A DNA stretch of 62,921 nucleotides, counting the filler, from Octopus bimaculoides (lineage: Eukaryota), in the NCBI RefSeq assembly GCF_001194135.2. It is 6 parts of 6 records of this genome, joined end to end, with 100 filler letters (N's around TTAATTAATTAA, not from the genome) between each part and the next. Parts side by side here need not be neighbours in the genome. Positions count along the whole stretch, not along the records: positions 1 to 21,629 come from NC_068981.1; 5 more parts are not named here. One strand, 5' to 3'. The first letter of the stretch is position 1; every line of letters begins with the position of its first letter. The position numbers and the translations under genes were made by a program. This document shows, one piece after another, positions 1-14,685 of this stretch. The notes beneath the pieces were generated by a model that had not been told where the DNA came from, did no database searches, and saw only the letters and a program-made list of their open reading frames with translations.

Positions 1-7
1 TATATAT

Positions 8-95
8 ATATATATATGGGAGAATATACAAAAAATAACAACAGACGAGGACAGGTGGTGTAAATAACAAAAGTATATATTAGTATGACGCTCGG
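8..95. mobile_element. Truncated copy of the Penelope-like terminal repeat family also seen at 61408-61604
   Basis: TATATATGGGAGAATATACAAAAAATAACAACAGACGAGGACAGGTGGTGTAAATAACAAAAGTATATATTAGTATGACGCTCGG is nearly identical to 61410-61493; it abuts a (TA)n array. Confidence 0.75.
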
Positions 96-3000
96 ACATA
101 TATAAACATATTTATATATATACATATATACTTACATATATAATATATATATATTTCTATGCATAGATGCATACATACATGAATACATACATACATACAT
201 ACATACATACATACATACGTAAGAATAACGATAAACACACACAATAAATCCATAATATAAATTTCGATTCTTATTTTCAAAATTAACACTTGCATTTCCA
301 CTTAAACTATATTTGCTTTTTCCATTTTCTCCTTGTGACCATAACTCTCCTACATACGTAGCTTTCTTCATTACGTCGCACACCTTATCAGCAACATCGT
401 GTCAATTCGAAATTGATTGTGTGCTACGTTGTTTTGCGATTCGTGAAATATTTGAATACACATTCAAAATATTTTTCAAAACATTATTCCATTGCCTGCG
501 TTATAAGCAACAATCTACTATGTGATTGCAATTGTGTGCAATAGACATCTTCATAAAATAGACACTGTACTTCGTTATACCGACTTCATTGAAAATATAT
601 ATTTTGACACTGAACTTATGGTCAGTTCATCTGATGCACCCCAAAAATAAATCTTTGTATTGGCAGTTTGTAGTTCAATCTAGTCATTCATTTAGTACTT
701 TGAAGTGTTACTGATTTTATTTGCCTACGATTTGTTAGTCGTTTGGAAATATTCCAAATTGTTCGAAATTTCGCATTTCAAATATAAAATTATTATGTAG
801 AAAAGAGATTCCTACAAATGAATACATTGTGCAAAAACAAAAGACGCTTTATTTCTACGAATACACGAGTAAGTCTGATTGATTCAAATGTTGGTGTGGA
901 GTGAATGTTTGTGTTTGTGTGAATGTGCAAACGGTTGAGTCTATAACCGAATTTAGTTTCATGTCATTCTCCACATCGATGACCTCCGATGCGCCATCAC
1001 TTGATAGAAACATATCATATAAATATATACGTCACACAGTATTGTTTTTACATCTTTGTGAATTCCAGCTTCATAGATATAGTTAGCGGTGACTGTGATC
1101 ACAACCTTTAAATCGATGATTTCTAAGTCAGCGTTTGCAAACTTACAGCACCCAGCATTAGAACAACTGTATTGTATAGCTTATGAGATATATATATATA
1201 GCACAAAACTTACAGTGTCTTTTTTAAGAATATTCAATATTTTGCAGTTGTTCATAAATATCATATTTCCTAAACATATCTATGGAGCACTTATGTAAAG
1301 CAATCATTGTTATACTACAACATACGTTTTATTCTTTTCTTTTTGTTTCAATAGCAGTTACATTGTACATATGTTTACTGGTTTTATTTTTAATTCAAAA
1401 TAGCTTGTGCAGTTACTGCACATATAAATTAGACATTTATAGAACAGTTTCTTATAGGGTAGTATGAAAAGGGTTTTGAACTATTACTTTTTGAAATAGG
1501 AAAGATGGTAGCCACTACTATATTCAATGAATGTCAAACTGAAATAAACTTTATCATCTCATCTCATCTCAAAGGATATATTCTCTCATTAGAGTTATGA
1601 ATTAATTAAGTAAGTTGTGTTTCCTTGTACAGATAGACAATTACATCAATTTGTATGTGTCTCTTTTATACAGGTCCAATTTCAAAGTTAGGATATAACA
1701 TTTATATAGTATATTCTCCTGCATTTAGTGGTTGTTTTTTGTTGATACAATCCAAAGCATGTGTTTCTAATCTAGCTTGTGGAAATGTCTGATAAATCTT
1801 GCTAATATACAGTTGCAAGGCTGTAAGAATGAAAAACTTTATCCAAACATTTATCCAAGTTCTTGATCACTGCGGTGCCCGGTTATGGTAGGGCTGGAGA
1901 AAAGTAAATCAAATGTCTTCTTCGAATACTAAAAAAAGTTGAGATTGTATTCAATAAGCAGACATGAAAAATTGCATAATGATACTCAATTCGTTTGGTT
2001 GTAATTCAGTGTTTTGTTTCTATTCTTTCAAGAAGTAAATTCTCTTTGAAGTGACTCCAACTTTTGGTAGACATATGAAACTGGATTATATAACTCAAGC
2101 AATATTCTGTAATAATTTTAACTTAACGAACCTCATTTAAAAGGAACCTAACAATAGGATTTGACTGCAAAATTCAAGAACTTTGCAAAACACAGCTACT
2201 CAAATCAGCCTACTCAGTCACAGCCAAAATCGCACATACATATGAACTCACTCACATATATACACACATTGATATATTATCCATTCATAATTCATATGTA
2301 CATACGTAATACACTATATGGGGGATGGTTTCCAAATTAACTTCTATTGAACGTGTGTATATGTATATTTTTATGAAACACGCATTGTGGGCCGTCTCAT
2401 ACGTTAGCAGAAATGAAATTCAGTAATAGCTATTTACATATGTGAATGTAGCATGAATAATTCTATTCACATATTTACAAATTCTTCCTTTGCAGTGGTT
2501 TCTGAAGTGTTATTGAATATAATCCACTTCATATTCAATGATATCAAATATTACCCTCCATTACAAATCGTAGCACAATACATGTAATTCGCAGTGTCAT
2601 TTATATATCAAGTGTCTCAAATTTAAAAATCATTCTTCATAATATATCATGCATGTATAGCAGCTTTTAATTCCCTTTAATGAATTAACTGCGCTCTTTA
2701 GATACATCATTACTGTAGTATATTTATAAATTTGACGTTTTTTAAATAATTCTTTAGTTATATAACTTAACTAAAAGCATCATGTAAACAGATTTATAAA
2801 ACGCCAAATTTCTAAAAACGTGTTTCATTGCCACATACACGTAAATGACATACAGTCAAACTTAAGTGTTTGCATGTATGTGTGTGTGTGTGTGTGTGCG
2901 CGCGCGCAGGCGTATGTATATATTTGTGTGTATGTATATCCATTAATCAGATGCTTTATAAACGTAATTGCAGACATTGTTGTGCAATAGCCAAGAAGAG

Positions 3001-6000
3001 TTAAGATAGTAAAACCTATAATAAAAGATATATGATATATAATTCTACCCCAGTGAACTTCCTCATTAATCGAAGTTGAGGCTTCAAAGGTCTTTGAGAG
3101 TTATGTGGCACATATTTATAAGTGCAACTCAGTAGAGTTTATATTAGAAATGTTATTTTCACACCTAGGTAATCAATACTGCTTTAATAAAAATAGATCT
3201 ACTGTTGGAGAGAACCTGTACGAACTGGAGCATTTCCAAAACCGTTTTCAATTTTAACTGTAAGTTCTTTGAATTTTAATTATTTTATAGGTCAACCAGG
3301 TCTTCCTTCCCTTCCTATACATTGATAGACTAACATAATTGAGTTACGTCGTATTCGAATTATTCACCTTTATGAGTATTGGGTGTTACATTTTGAGAGT
3401 GAAATTGACCGATTTTGAATACTGATATACAAATAATATGAAAACTTGTATGCAACTAAGTTTCTTTGAATTTTGTTATATGATTATCATGTTCATCTGG
3501 GAAATGATACGACACGAAACATTATTGTATATGTGTGTGCCTTTGGCTGTGTGTCTCCGTGTGCGTCTTCGTATGTGTGTGTGTTTGTGTGTGCGTGCGT
3601 GCGTGTGCGTGCGTGTGCGTGCGTGTTTGTGTGTGTGTGTGTGTGTGTGTGCGCGTGCGATTGTGTTTATTTAGATATGTTGTGCGTACAATAAAATCTA
3701 CGACTACGTCTGTATGAGTTAATGCTCCACATAGAGCATCGTTAAACCGTTAGGTTGCTGTAGAGAAGGAAGCCTACAACTGTACTTGGTGGTGTTTATA
3801 GTTCTGATACACATGGCATATATAGCGGAAATTTAGTGGTATATATGGTACAACTAATGGTGTTATATAGAACTCAGTATTGCATACACTAAGTGCATGT
3901 GGATATCTAACTGCAATGAATCAACAGGGGATCACTACATTGCCTTCACTTGCGGAATAGCTACAATAGTACAAGGTGCATATGCACTAATGATTTATGT
4001 GTTTATCTTAATTTTCTATTTGTATGTTATATACGCACACACACGTATGTATGTATAAACAAGCACACACACACATACATATGTATATATGTATATATAT
4101 GTATATATTTGTATNNNNNNNNNNNNNNNNNNNNNNNNNNNNNNNNNNNNNNNNNNNNNNNNNNNNNNNNNNNNNNNNNNNNNNNNNNNNNNNNNNNNNN
4201 NNNNNNNNNNNNNNNNNNNNNNNNNNNNNNNNNNNNNNNNNNNNNNNNNNNNNNNNNNNNNNNNNNNNNNNNNNNNNNNNNNNNNNNNNNNNNNNNNNNN
4301 NNNNNNNNNNNNNNNNNNNNNNNNNNNNNNNNNNNNNNNNNNNNNNNNNNNNNNNNNNNNNNNNNNNNNNNNNNNNNNNNNNNNNNNNNNNNNNNNNNNN
4401 NNNNNNNNNNNNNNNNNNNNNNNNNNNNNNNNNNNNNNNNNNNNNNNNNNNNNNNNNNNNNNNNNNNNNNNNNNNNNNNNNNNNNNNNNNNNNNNNNNNN
4501 NNNNNNNNNNNNNNNNNNNNNNNNNNNNNNNNNNNNNNNNNNNNNNNNNNNNNNNNNNNNNNNNNNNNNNNNNNNNNNNNNNNNNNNNNNNNNNNNNNNN
4601 NNNNNNNNNNNNNNNNNNNNNNNNNNNNNNNNNNNCGATCTTATATGTATGTATGTATGTATAAATGTACATCTGGTGTATCCAAGTGAGCCTACGAATA
4701 AAGAAAATATTAACTGTATTTTCCATACCAATAAGCACTACGCAACCTGAATTGACCAATAAAACCTTAATATCTAGTACCCCTCTTGAATATATGTTAT
4801 ATCCTATTGGTCTACCTATAGATTGCTGGCGATCTACGAAACTACCTAATTTTAAGGTGGGATTCTGCTATCGAAACCTTTTTGTATTTACTGTAAAAAT
4901 CACTCATTTTTCGGATTGTTACTTTTATATAAAAAAAAACATCTCTTAGCGCTTGTTTGGCAGAGTAGTTTCTGCCTCTCAAACTATCAGCATCCGCATG
5001 CAGCAGATTTGGTTGACCTTCGATATGCCACTGATGTATTTCACATACAATCCAACAAAACTTATTATTTTACATATGATGCTATCATTTCTTTCTCTCT
5101 AACTTATTCAATCTAAACGTCTCCAATTGAAAACTAAGCAGTGGGTACATTATACGTTGACTTCCTTCAAAGTAGAAAAAGAAAACTATTCATATCAAGG
5201 AGAAATAAGTGTAGATAACATTCCATTATCATGAGCAACATTCAGATCGTACCTTATACACACTAAAGTGTTTGGGTCTCTCAGTCACCGAATTTGTAGT
5301 TGCCGTGGTAGTAGTATCAATAGTAGTGGTTATTACTACTGAAGTAGATGATAAACATTCGTGCGTCAGACAAAAACGACAAGAACACGATGATAGGTAT
5401 ATCAAGGTGCTGAATGATTTGATTGAGGAGGGGTAGAGTTTGATGTGTAAGGAGTGAATGAATGAATACTAAGACTTTCAAAAGGGTTTATACTAAGTAG
5501 AGCTATGATTATCTCGTTCGTCTTGCTGATGCCGCTACACTGTACAATTTAAAAGGTTTTAATAGTTACTCCACATATTTTTTCAATTAAGAAATTGCAT
5601 TGGAGATATGTGCATTCTGTTGGTTTTAATTTGTCTTACTGATGTATTATTGAAATCTTGGTAGGGCATTTTGTGTAGCAATNNNNNNNNNNNNNNNNNN
5701 NNNNNNNNNNNNNNNNNNNNNNNNNNNNNNNNNNNNNNNNNNNNNNNNNNNNNNNNNNNNNNNNNNNNNNNNNNNNNNNNNNNNNNNNNNNNNNNNNNNN
5801 NNNNNNNNNNNNNNNNNNNNNNNNNNNNNNNNNNNNNNNNNNNNNNNNNNNNNNNNNNNNNNNNNNNNNNNNNNNNNNNNNNNNNNNNNNNNNNNNNNNN
5901 NNNNNNNNNNNNNNNNNNNNNNNNNNNNNNNNNNNNNNNNNNNNNNNNNNNNNNNNNNNNNNNNNNNNNNNNNNNNNNNNNNNNNNNNNNNNNNNNNNNN

Positions 6001-8204
6001 NNNNNNNNNNNNNNNNNNNNNNNNNNNNNNNNNNNNNNNNNNNNNNNNNNNNNNNNNNNNNNNNNNNNNNNNNNNNNNNNNNNNNNNNNNNNNNNNNNNN
6101 NNNNNNNNNNNNNNNNNNNNNNNNNNNNNNNNNNNNNNNNNNNNNNNNNNNNNNNNNNNNNNNNNNNNNNNNNNNNNNNNNNNNNNNNNNNNNNNNNNNN
6201 NNNNNNNNNNNNNNNNNNNNNNNNNNNNNNNNNNNNNNNNNNNNNNNNNNNNNNNNNNNNNNNNNNNNNNNNNNNNNNNNNNNNNTGTGTGTGTGTGTGT
6301 GTGTAATTATATTAGTGTGTAAGAATTTATACACGGAAGGGAGACCATCATGTGGACTCCTTACATACTAAAGAAGGCAGTCAAGACACAAACCACAAAA
6401 AAATCCTTCTTACTTACTGCACAAGCTTTTAAGCGAGCAGTATACAATGAATGACTAAAAATCTCAATTAACAGCATAGTGTCTGATAGAAATACTCGGC
6501 ACCATAAAAATGTGAACACCTCAGAACAACACTAACTGAGAGACAATTCCGCTCTCACTTATAGATAATGGAATTAAGCTTACGAAGAAATTAGAAATTA
6601 GGCATTAAAACAGTAAGGGAAACAAAACGTAACATCACACCACATCTCAAAACATATGAGAAGGAAAATGCTCACAGTTTACAAAGTTTTGATATATTTA
6701 TATTAAAATATATTTTGTAAGTAAAGTAGTATTGTGCTTGTCAACTGGTTTCACTTTTGTTAATCATGACATTGGAATTATTGTAATTTCGTACTTTCTT
6801 AACAAGATTTTAGTCCATGTTGTGTATGGGAGTTAATGAATGTAATGCATCAACAGATAGAAAAATCTAAGCGGAGGTAATTGGTGATCGTTATTATTCG
6901 GGATACATATATGTGTGCGAGTATATGTATGTATGCGTATGTACGTAAGTATATATATGTATGTGTGTGTGTTTAGTTCTGCCAGTATAGTTATTGTGAA
7001 CACCCTCAGATTTTCTTTTCTATTATGAAGCCAAATTCACAATACATTAGTATTTACTAATGAATATATATATGAACGTGTTGAAAGCAGAAATAAATTT
7101 ATTCTTTTCAGTAATATTCTCATCATAATGCACGTGAGATTTTAGCTCTTATTAACAATATCAGGATAAAACATATTCAGATAAAATGTTACAATTTGTT
7201 AAAAGTTTTGGACCTAACACGAGACATTAAGTTATCAAAATTTTTAACATGTACGTTAATTCAAATCTCTCGGCAAGTATGCAGCCATCAAATGGTGATT
7301 GTATGGACTCTATTTTGCTTACAAATCACTATTTCTCTCATGATACTTATTTCATATAATCTGTTTCTAATACATTTTATATGCGAAGTATTTGACTTTC
7401 CATTAATTCTACATTGTAAAGGGCTTTCCATATCACTCCCATATGAGTGAAATACGACTCTATTCTGTATTATACATCCGTACACATTTTAGCTTTTGAC
7501 CATCTCACAGATAGACGAAGATTATTCTCTTTCTTAGATAATACATTAGTTTCCGTTCTTCGGTATGCAAACATCTCCATTGAAAGCTATACAGCTCTTA
7601 TAAATCAATTAACTAAAATATTTTCAACAGAATTTTTTAGTTTATTAGAAGTTGTCACATAATAGTTTGTTAGAAAAAGTATCATTTCTAGATGCAACCC
7701 CCACACACACGCGCACACACACGCACAAACACGGATGAACATGCACACGCATACACTCACAGTCTGAAACACTCACACACAATCATATATTGTCTAATGG
7801 GATATTGGAGCAGAGATACAAGCTCTTAGATCGTGAGGTGAATTTCTTCTTTTACCGTAAAATTAAAATTAAAATTAATGATGAGCGGGGACTTTAAATA
7901 GTATTAGTTTCTCGTATTTCCTACACTAAGTTAGCTTTCTATACAGGTATTTTGAATGAATGCCAGTGTTTTTAGACCTGTGAACTTATATGAATTAGGA
8001 ACACGCATCTCTTTGGTCCATATTGCCTTACAAATGACATCTGTTATGGTCGGAATATGAAATCATTAAAATACTATTTATTGTGCACTCGAGAAAACAA
8101 GATATCTGTTAATTCGCTTAAGTATGTGTATATCACGTTGGAATGAGTACCCATGCACTTAAGCTACACATGAGGCATTGATATTTCATTCTGAATCAGA
8201 AGGC

Positions 8205-8380
8205 CAAGAGAATGTCTGTCAAAAACTGTACAAGTCATGTGGATTATTCAAGCAGCACTTACAAAGTCATTACAAAGAAGTGGGAAAACGTGCCAATGTT
8301 GGAGTGCGCCGTTACTGCAGTGCATGTGATGAGGGTTTCAAAACATTTAAGGGATCGAAATTCATTTCAGATGACACTCC
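8205..8380 (+). pseudogene. Decayed pair of C2H2 zinc fingers (host ZNF remnant or LINE N-terminus)
   Basis: ORF 8178-8396 reads CQKLYKSCGLFKQHLQSH (C-x3-Y-x5-F-x2-H-x3-H; first Cys missing) and CSACDEGFKTFKGSK. Restoring a 1-nt deletion gives (I)HFR*H, completing C-x2-C-x3-F-x5-(L>S)-x2-H-x3-H. Confidence 0.5.
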
Positions 8381-11300
8381 GAGAGAACAATTATAGGTAA
8401 ATGAAGGAGTCAGGCCAATATGGCAATGGTTTAACTGGTCGAACTTTCGAAGTCATTGTCGGTAACATTTTGACCAATCACAGAGAAACTTGTAGCCAAA
8501 TCGTTTATATACTGAACAATTACAATAGCTAGAGTCAACTGGAGCTACTAATATACATACTGAGTTAACACTCCATTAAGTAATAGGAACCAGTCTACGG
8601 AGAACTCAGTCTACACAGCTCCATGTTTTAATATATCATACCTTGAAATAGTCCCAAATATCGTGTTAATTTTTAGCATATGAATTAAAGATTTACATCC
8701 TCTACCCAAGATTCTAAGTTCATCCATACTATGCTCCAGACAGTTTTGTATGTATTCTGTTACTACAATAGAAAGTGTATGTATGTATGTATGTATGTAT
8801 GTATGTATAAATATTTCTATCAATGCGTGCGTGTCCGCAAGTGTGCGTGTTTACGATTATGGCTGTGTATACACACATGCGCACACACAACCATATTAAA
8901 AATAAACTATCACATAATTGTATACACACATATATGCCTGATTACTACAAGTATAGAAAATCCGTACACAGTTACCTCGTAGCATATGAAGTTTCAATAG
9001 CAAACTATTTATTTTTATGTTTCTTTTATTTTATTTTATTCTTTATGTAATATTTTAATTTTTTAAATTTTCTTTTTATTTTTTAAATTTTCTTTCTTTA
9101 TGAAATGTTTCTACCAGACATATTTATTTATTAGAAAGAAATTATCTCGGCACTAATATATTCCATGGTGTTGATCTTTATTTTACGTGTCGTCCATGAA
9201 CAAACACGTCATTCTTCAGGCCTATTATATCTGAAATCACATTATCCAAATTATTCTCCATCACTACTACTGCGCCGTAAGTAACCCAAAATATTTGAGC
9301 AAACATTTGAAATGGTAGAGAACAGAGGCTTTGTTGTAACAAAGCCTTACTTATGATGAGAAGCGAAGCTTAACGTGCTCGCTTAAGTTCATTATCCCAG
9401 ACTCACACAACGTATAGAAAAACTGCAGTCATTTGCTATGTTATCCATATTTATATAGCACAATGGATGGAAAGCAATTTTACAGGCGAGATAACTTTAA
9501 CATTGTGTTTAGATTTTCAATCGTCACCACTTCTGTTCAACTAGCAATATAACTTTTAATTGGTATAGATTCATGATCATTAGTGTAACATCACAATTAC
9601 AGCGTGAAGGAAACTGTTTTGCGTATTTCTTCAAGCTCTTCACGTTGCGTGTTCAAACACTTTGAACAATAATTTGATATCATCTGTATGGGATTGGTAA
9701 AATATTGCTAGTCTAGTAGGAAGTAGATGATATGGACTCAAGCGCTCCATTCTAGATTGATGATGGTATGCTTACCTTAGAAACAATTGTTTAGGAGAGT
9801 TCAACAAAGTCTCGGGATTTGATTAATTTCTATTCGGTGCAACTCATTAAGGTAGACAAAAAGGATCTGAAATTACAACTAATTTTCAATGTGTGATCTT
9901 GTATATTTTCTTGGAATATAACTTCCAATAGTATATGTACTTTCAGTCGATAAATTAAGTTACAAATATACCTAAAATAAGCCAATGTAATAAGTTATTT
10001 TCTCACATATTTAAATATATTTGCATTGCTTCTGATAATATTTATCTCGTGAAGAACATAGCCAAGAATTATATTTTCAGTTTGAATAAACTCTATAATT
10101 TTATGAAAGGGGAATTCTAAGAGAGTAATTCGTACATAAGTACGCTTATTTATTTGCGTGATTGTGTATTAACGTGAGATTTGTTTCATTTTTTGATAAC
10201 TCTCCGAGCATTAAAAGNNNNNNNNNNNNNNNNNNNNNNNNNNNNNNNNNNNNNNNNNNNNNNNNNNNNNNNNNNNNNNNNNNNNNNNNNNNNNNNNNNN
10301 NNNNNNNNNNNNNNNNNNNNNNNNNNNNNNNNNNNNNNNNNNNNNNNNNNNNNNNNNNNNNNNNNNNNNNNNNNNNNNNNNNNNNNNNNNNNNNNNNNNN
10401 NNNNNNNNNNNNNNNNNNNNNNNNNNNNNNNNNNNNNNNNNNNNNNNNNNNNNNNNNNNNNNNNNNNNNNNNNNNNNNNNNNNNNNNNNNNNNNNNNNNN
10501 NNNNNNNNNNNNNNNNNNNNNNNNNNNNNNNNNNNNNNNNNNNNNNNNNNNNNNNNNNNNNNNNNNNNNNNNNNNNNNNNNNNNNNNNNNNNNNNNNNNN
10601 NNNNNNNNNNNNNNNNNNNNNNNNNNNNNNNNNNNNNNNNNNNNNNNNNNNNNNNNNNNNNNNNNNNNNNNNNNNNNNNNNNNNNNNNNNNNNNNNNNNN
10701 NNNNNNNNNNNNNNNNNNNNNNNNNNNNNNNNNNNNNNNNNNNNNNNNNNNNNNNNNNNNNNNNNNNNNNNNNNNNNNNNNNNNNNNNNNNNNNNNNNNN
10801 NNNNNNNNNNNNNNNNNNNNNNNNNNNNNNNNNNNNNNNNNNNNATATATATATATATATATATAAACACACACGACACACACACACACACGCTTATGTA
10901 CATATTTGTAACCACACACACCACACTCACGCGCAAATATATGTGTGAGTGTGTATGTATATATAGATAATTTCGTTTGGTAATTACTTCTTGATGTTTC
11001 ATCAAACGGTATCTTACCTTTTACAGTGTGACTAATTACGAAATAACTATATAACTTATGGAATTAATTTCACATTAGTATATTTACTGAGAGGTCAATA
11101 AAAGTAGATGTAAAGAACATACTCTTGTAATATAGGCCACTTAACCAGACGATACGACATATTTATACTGTCAATACAAAACGATTCAGTATTCATCTTC
11201 CTTTAGAAATTATATTTGATAACAGTATGGTAGTGAAAAGAAGATATTTCCTATCATTGTATATTCAAACATATTTCACTTTACACTTGAAATGTAACAA

Positions 11301-14300
11301 TTCACAATATCAAATTAATGTGACAGAAGAAGAAAGAGGCAAATAATTCTATATCAAACAAATAATTATTTGATACTGTCCACGAGAAAACATACATAGG
11401 CTCTGTTTATTTGAAGAAAATAGGGCATTGAAGGTAATTATACATCAGTATATGTATATACATATATGTGTGTGGGTGTGCGTATACATACATATATATA
11501 CGTATATATATACATATANNNNNNNNNNNNNNNNNNNNNNNNNNNNNNNNNNNNNNNNNNNNNNNNNNNNNNNNNNNNNNNNNNNNNNNNNNNNNNNNNN
11601 NNNNNNNNNNNNNNNNNNNNNNNNNNNNNNNNNNNNNNNNNNNNNNNNNNNNNNNNNNNNNNNNNNNNNNNNNNNNNNNNNNNNNNNNNNNNNNNNNNNN
11701 NNNNNNNNNNNNNNNNNNNNNNNNNNNNNNNNNNNNNNNNNNNNNNNNNNNNNNNNNNNNNNNNNNNNNNNNNNNNNNNNNNNNNNNNNNNNNNNNNNNN
11801 NNNNNNNNNNNNNNNNNNNNNNNNNNNNNNNNNNNNNNNNNNNNNNNNNNNNNNNNNNNNNNNNNNNNNNNNNNNNNNNNNNNNNNNNNNNNNNNNNNNN
11901 NNNNNNNNNNNNNNNNNNNNNNNNNNNNNNNNNNNNNNNNNNNNNNNNNNNNNNNNNNNNNNNNNNNNNNNNNNNNNNNNNNNNNNNNNNNNNNNNNNNN
12001 NNNNNNNNNNNNNNNNNNNNNNNNNNNNNNNNNNNNNNNNNNNNNNNNNNNNNNNNNNNNNNNNNNNNNNNNNNNNNNNNNNNNNNNNNNNNNNNNNNNN
12101 NNNNNNNNNNNNNNNNNNNNNNNNNNNNNNNNNNNNNNNNNNNNNNNNNNNNNNNNNNNNNNNNNNNNNNNNNNNNNNNNNNNNNNNNNNNNNNNNNNNN
12201 NNNNNNNNNNNNNNNNNNNNNNNNNNNNNNNNNNNNNNNNNNNNNNNNNNNNCATATATGCAAATATGTATATACATATATATATGTGTGTGTGTGTGTG
12301 TGTGTATACATACACACATTGAAACACAATAGGTGCACATATTCCAAAGGTATAAACATAGTATATACACTGTTTCCCTTGTTGTGTTCAATGATGACAA
12401 ACCGTAATATGAATCATTACTATCACATATTATGGGACAAGAAAAACTGTTCATGTCTGACCGTGGTGTATCGAATACAAGAAAATATTTTTTTATCTAT
12501 TACTTATTGTTTTAACTGATTAATGTTTATTTTACCTCGAAACATCTATGTTATTTATATTCCTCATCCTCTGGATGCACTAAGTCTGATTAACTTTAAT
12601 TAATTGCATGCTCATTAGCTAATCCATGACTTCTTGGAAAACATGTGTCGGAATATAATACCTGTCCGCAGGGGCTCTCGAAGAGAATGAAGAGGTATCT
12701 GTGCCTAATAATAATTTGGTGAGTCGAATATAAAATCCAAATTGGCGTTGTAAAGCAAATGTTCATCATAGCCTTCGTGAAGATGACAAAGTACAAGCCA
12801 AACACACGATAAAAACCTTCTTGACACTGTCAATATTAACCCGCCTAAAGTGTCCCTGATTCCATCATACAAACTCTCTGTTTTAAATCGATCTAAAGTG
12901 TACGTTCCATCAAAATTTAATGTTAATTCATGTTCCAAATAGCAGATAAATAATGATGAACTTTACTAATTTTTTCATCGTTTGCGGAAATAGTCGAATC
13001 AAAGACAGTGTATTCGAGCATAAGAGTGGTATCAAAACTGATAAGTAATAGTAGAAAGTCACACAACAGGTAGAATATGACTGTTGAACAAAAATGTGTA
13101 TGAGGTTGCAACAGGAATCATGGCAATCAATCGAGTGCTTCTTCTAGAAAAGCCGTTTAAGATGTTTGTTTGTGGCAGTAGAATACATTTACCTAGGTGT
13201 GGAAAAAACTCCGTTGTGTGACCGTTTTGTTAACGGTTGATATTTTACATTGAAAGTCATCTTTAATATACTTTGTACTGTTTGAGGCATATGCAATGAT
13301 ACTTTTGAGTAATACCGAAATTGATACTAGGAAGTATTCCGTAAAAGTACGAAGTCAATGAAATCATCTAGCTCCCATGTGGTGAAAGAAATATACGACA
13401 GTTTCGAAGTTATGATTTATGTATATATGGGGTAAATAAAATCGATTGCGCCGTCTCAGACATTTGGAAAATATACAGAGTGCAATATGGTAGTACGTCT
13501 CACTATCAGAACATCAAGCATTGTATTTTATATATATATTTCCTTTTGCATTACACCCATGTATTTGAATTAAATCACTGTTTAATATATAGAGTGCATA
13601 TATTACAACACATATTAACATTCTTAAATTAACTTTCTTCTTTAATTTCTATTTCTGTTTGATATAAAATTCATAGAGTTACTCACACCGAATCTATAAT
13701 TACCTGAGAACAACCTGCGCAAAAATAGATATGCCTCTGAACTTGTTCATCTAACACAGCAGCTATCGACAAAGAAAATTTGCATTTTTATATCCTTATT
13801 ATATACTGAGTTAGGGAGACTTCTGAAAGGGAGCGCTATGTCATTAAATTGAAATAACTGATTGTATCACTTCGACAATTGTATTTCCAAGTTTCTCTAA
13901 TTGTAAAATGCTATTATTGCTTCTAAAATATTTTATCATATACCACAAACAATTTTTATTTCCTTGTTTCTTTGTGAACGCCACGCTTTCCTTTGATCTA
14001 ATGATGTTAATAGAATGAGAAATTATTTATCTCCTTGAAAAAATGTAAGGTTTTCTTATGACAAACAGAATGGTAATAAATTCAAACAATGTTAAGAGTG
14101 ATTATATAAGAAGACAGAAAGCGATAATACAAAAGGCATTTTCTAATCACTGCTTGGTTTTTCAAATTCTTTCATTTCTTTCATTCTCGGACTATAAAAC
14201 TGGAAACAATTAAATCCTACATGAAACTAAATGCTGAATCATTACTTTCAGGCGATGGCACATAATGCGAATGTTATTCTATCACTAATAACGAGAAAAA

Positions 14301-14377
14301 TATTATTTCGTTCTGGCAATATAGTAAGTTTTTAAAAAGAATGATATTCTAGTATTACTTGACGTTATATTTTACAC

Positions 14378-14685
14378 CAGTGGTTCGCAAACATCTTCGG
14401 GCTGCCGTCCCCCTTGACACCTGGGTCTCACTCCTACGGCGCCCACCCCAAATAACCATCACAAACATAGACCTCTTTCTACAGCAAATTCAAAGCAACT
14501 TTATTTCACAAATAAAATTTAACCTCATGAATCAATTATTTTCCTTTTTCATGAATTGCTACTCCATTATAGCTCCAACTTTTACATGAATCGTTAACCC
14601 ATCATCACTTCACATTTTCTTGAACGCCCACTTAGAACTTTCCACCGTCCCAGGGTGGCAATACTGCCCACTTTGTGAGCCGCTG
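14378..14685. mobile_element. hAT-type MITE (Charlie/Buster-like), 308 bp
   Basis: Imperfect TIRs CAGTGGTTCGCAAA / TTTGTGAGCCGCTG; perfect 8-bp TSD TTTTACAC at 14370-14377 and 14686-14693 with a central TA. Confidence 0.85.

Noticed and set aside
9220-9276. 57-nt AG/GT-bounded micro-exon candidate (+), and a minus-strand donor near 9774
   Set aside because: Splice-like motifs are expected by chance at this scale; there is no homology or partner exon.
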